From Clostridia bacterium (GTDB lineage: Bacteria > Bacillota > Clostridia > UMGS1883 > UMGS1540), in NCBI GenBank assembly GCA_045656005.1, contig JAZOQG010000011.1, positions 1 through 61,384 of the forward strand: a stretch of DNA of 61,384 nucleotides, in the 5' to 3' direction. The translations under genes were made by a program, and so were the position numbers. Positions 60,228 to 61,384 of the stretch are shown here, in pieces (position 1 is the first letter of the stretch; each line of letters opens with the position of its first letter). The notes under the pieces are model-generated. The model was not told the DNA's origin, did no database searches, and was given only the letters and a program-made list of their open reading frames with translations.

Positions 60228-60656
60228 ATGTCGTTAGAGGTAGGAAAAATAGTTGACGGAAAGGTAACGGGTGTTACAAACTTCGGAGCGTTTGTTGATA
60301 TTGGCGAAGGCAAGCGCGGACTTGTACATATTTCGGAAGTTGCAAGAGAATATGTTGAAAAGATTGGTGATTATGTAAAAGAAGGCGACCGCGTTCGTGT
60401 AATGGTAGTTTCAATTGAGCCTTCAGGAAAAATCAGTTTATCAATCAAAAAGGCGCTTGAGAAAGAAAGCCGTGAAAATAAAAAGGCAGAGTCTGCACGT
60501 CCCGCAGTTTTTGACTGGCCTCAAAAAGAGGAGAATTTGTCCTTTGAAGATAAAATGCTGAAATTTAAGCAGGCTAGTGACGAGAAAATGCATGACATAA
60601 AGAGAAATGTTGAATCAAAGAGAGGCGGATACAGAAGAGGTTCCGGCTCTTATTAG
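60228..60656 (+). CDS. S1 RNA-binding domain protein (YabR-like)
   Basis: GKVTGVTNFGAFV, GLVHISEV, SFEDKMLKF. Confidence 0.9.
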   Translation: MSLEVGKIVDGKVTGVTNFGAFVDIGEGKRGLVHISEVAREYVEKIGDYVKEGDRVRVMVVSIEPSGKISLSIKKALEKESRENKKAESARPAVFDWPQKEENLSFEDKMLKFKQASDEKMHDIKRNVESKRGGYRRGSGSY

Positions 60657-60664
60657 GAGTTTTT

Positions 60665-60687
60665 CACCTCCCTGTAAAAGGGGAGGT
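60665..60687 (+). terminator. Terminator hairpin
   Basis: CACCTCCCT-gtaaa-AGGGAGGTG followed by TTT. Confidence 0.65.
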
Positions 60688-60728
60688 GTTTGTGTGAAAT
60701 AAAGGGTAAGTTTTTTGGAGGTACTAAA

Positions 60729-61384
60729 GTGGATTTTGCATTAAAAGGTAATGTTTTTATAAATGGCAAATTTGAGAAAAGGGATATTTTTGTTTCAGGT
60801 GGAGTAGTATCTTTTGAAGGAAATTCTGAATTTATTTTTAAAGATTATGATAATTTATATATATTCCCGGGTCTTATTGACGTTCACGTTCATTTAAGAG
60901 AGCCGGGTTTTTCGTATAAAGAAACCATTAAAAGCGGAACGAGTGCGGCGGTGGCAGGCGGATTTACTGATGTGTTATCAATGCCGAATTTAAATCCTGT
61001 GCCTGATAGTGCTGAAAACTTAAAGGTACAGACAGATATAATAGACCGCGATGCACTTTGTCACGTTTATCCTATTGGGGCTATAACATGCGGACAGATG
61101 GGAGAAAAGCTTTCGGATTTTGAAAAAATGGAAAGAGCCATTGCGTTTTCTGATGACGGGAAGGGCGTTCAAAGTGATGCTTTAATGGCAGAGGCTATGG
61201 AAAAATGCAAGGCCTTAGGAAAAATTCTTGTTGCACATTGCGAGGACAATTCGCTTCTTTTCGGCGGATATATTCACGATGGTGAATATGCGAAAATAAA
61301 CGGACACCGCGGAATTTGTTCTGAAAGTGAATGGAGGCAGGTTGAAAGAGATTTAAACCTTGTTTCAAAAATAGGCTGCAAGTA
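60729..61384 (+). CDS. pyrC: Dihydroorotase, cut by the window edge
   Basis: SD GGAGG, GTG 60729; PGLIDVHVHLREPG, AAVAGGFT, MPNLNP, FSDDG, AHCED; absent from the ORF track (no stop in window). Confidence 0.9.
   Translation, partial: MDFALKGNVFINGKFEKRDIFVSGGVVSFEGNSEFIFKDYDNLYIFPGLIDVHVHLREPGFSYKETIKSGTSAAVAGGFTDVLSMPNLNPVPDSAENLKVQTDIIDRDALCHVYPIGAITCGQMGEKLSDFEKMERAIAFSDDGKGVQSDALMAEAMEKCKALGKILVAHCEDNSLLFGGYIHDGEYAKINGHRGICSESEWRQVERDLNLVSKIGCK

Overview
Chromosomal window from an AT-rich, spore-forming, S-layer-bearing Clostridia-class bacterium (spoIIID, pro-sigK, gerKA/KC/KB-type genes, yabPQ, three SLH proteins). Most of it is housekeeping: groESL with CIRCE, ctsR-mcsA-mcsB-clpC with CtsR boxes, PPi-PFK, a MacAB-like ABC system, carAB, nadE, uxaC and sugar genes, iorAB-paaK, metA, rdgB, an M16 peptidase pair, lgt, trmL and the start of pyrC. 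I found no rRNA, tRNA, CRISPR array, prophage or autonomous transposase. Most unusual items: (1) a carbamoyl-phosphate synthetase whose small subunit has lost the glutaminase triad (Cys>Ser, His>Tyr, Glu>Asp) and whose large subunit is fused to a DapF-fold domain lacking one catalytic Cys; (2) two diverged ~220-235 bp copies of a MITE-like, internally structured element with compensatory base changes, each just behind a stop codon; (3) a dinB / XRE / ImmA-IrrE cassette with face-to-face promoters and a palindrome between them; (4) three sporulation genes whose sigma-E/K promoter sits inside an RBS-occluding hairpin; (5) small ORFs absent from the ORF track (two Cys-rich membrane peptides and an RHH-like protein). 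All assignments come from manual motif reading; no searches were run.
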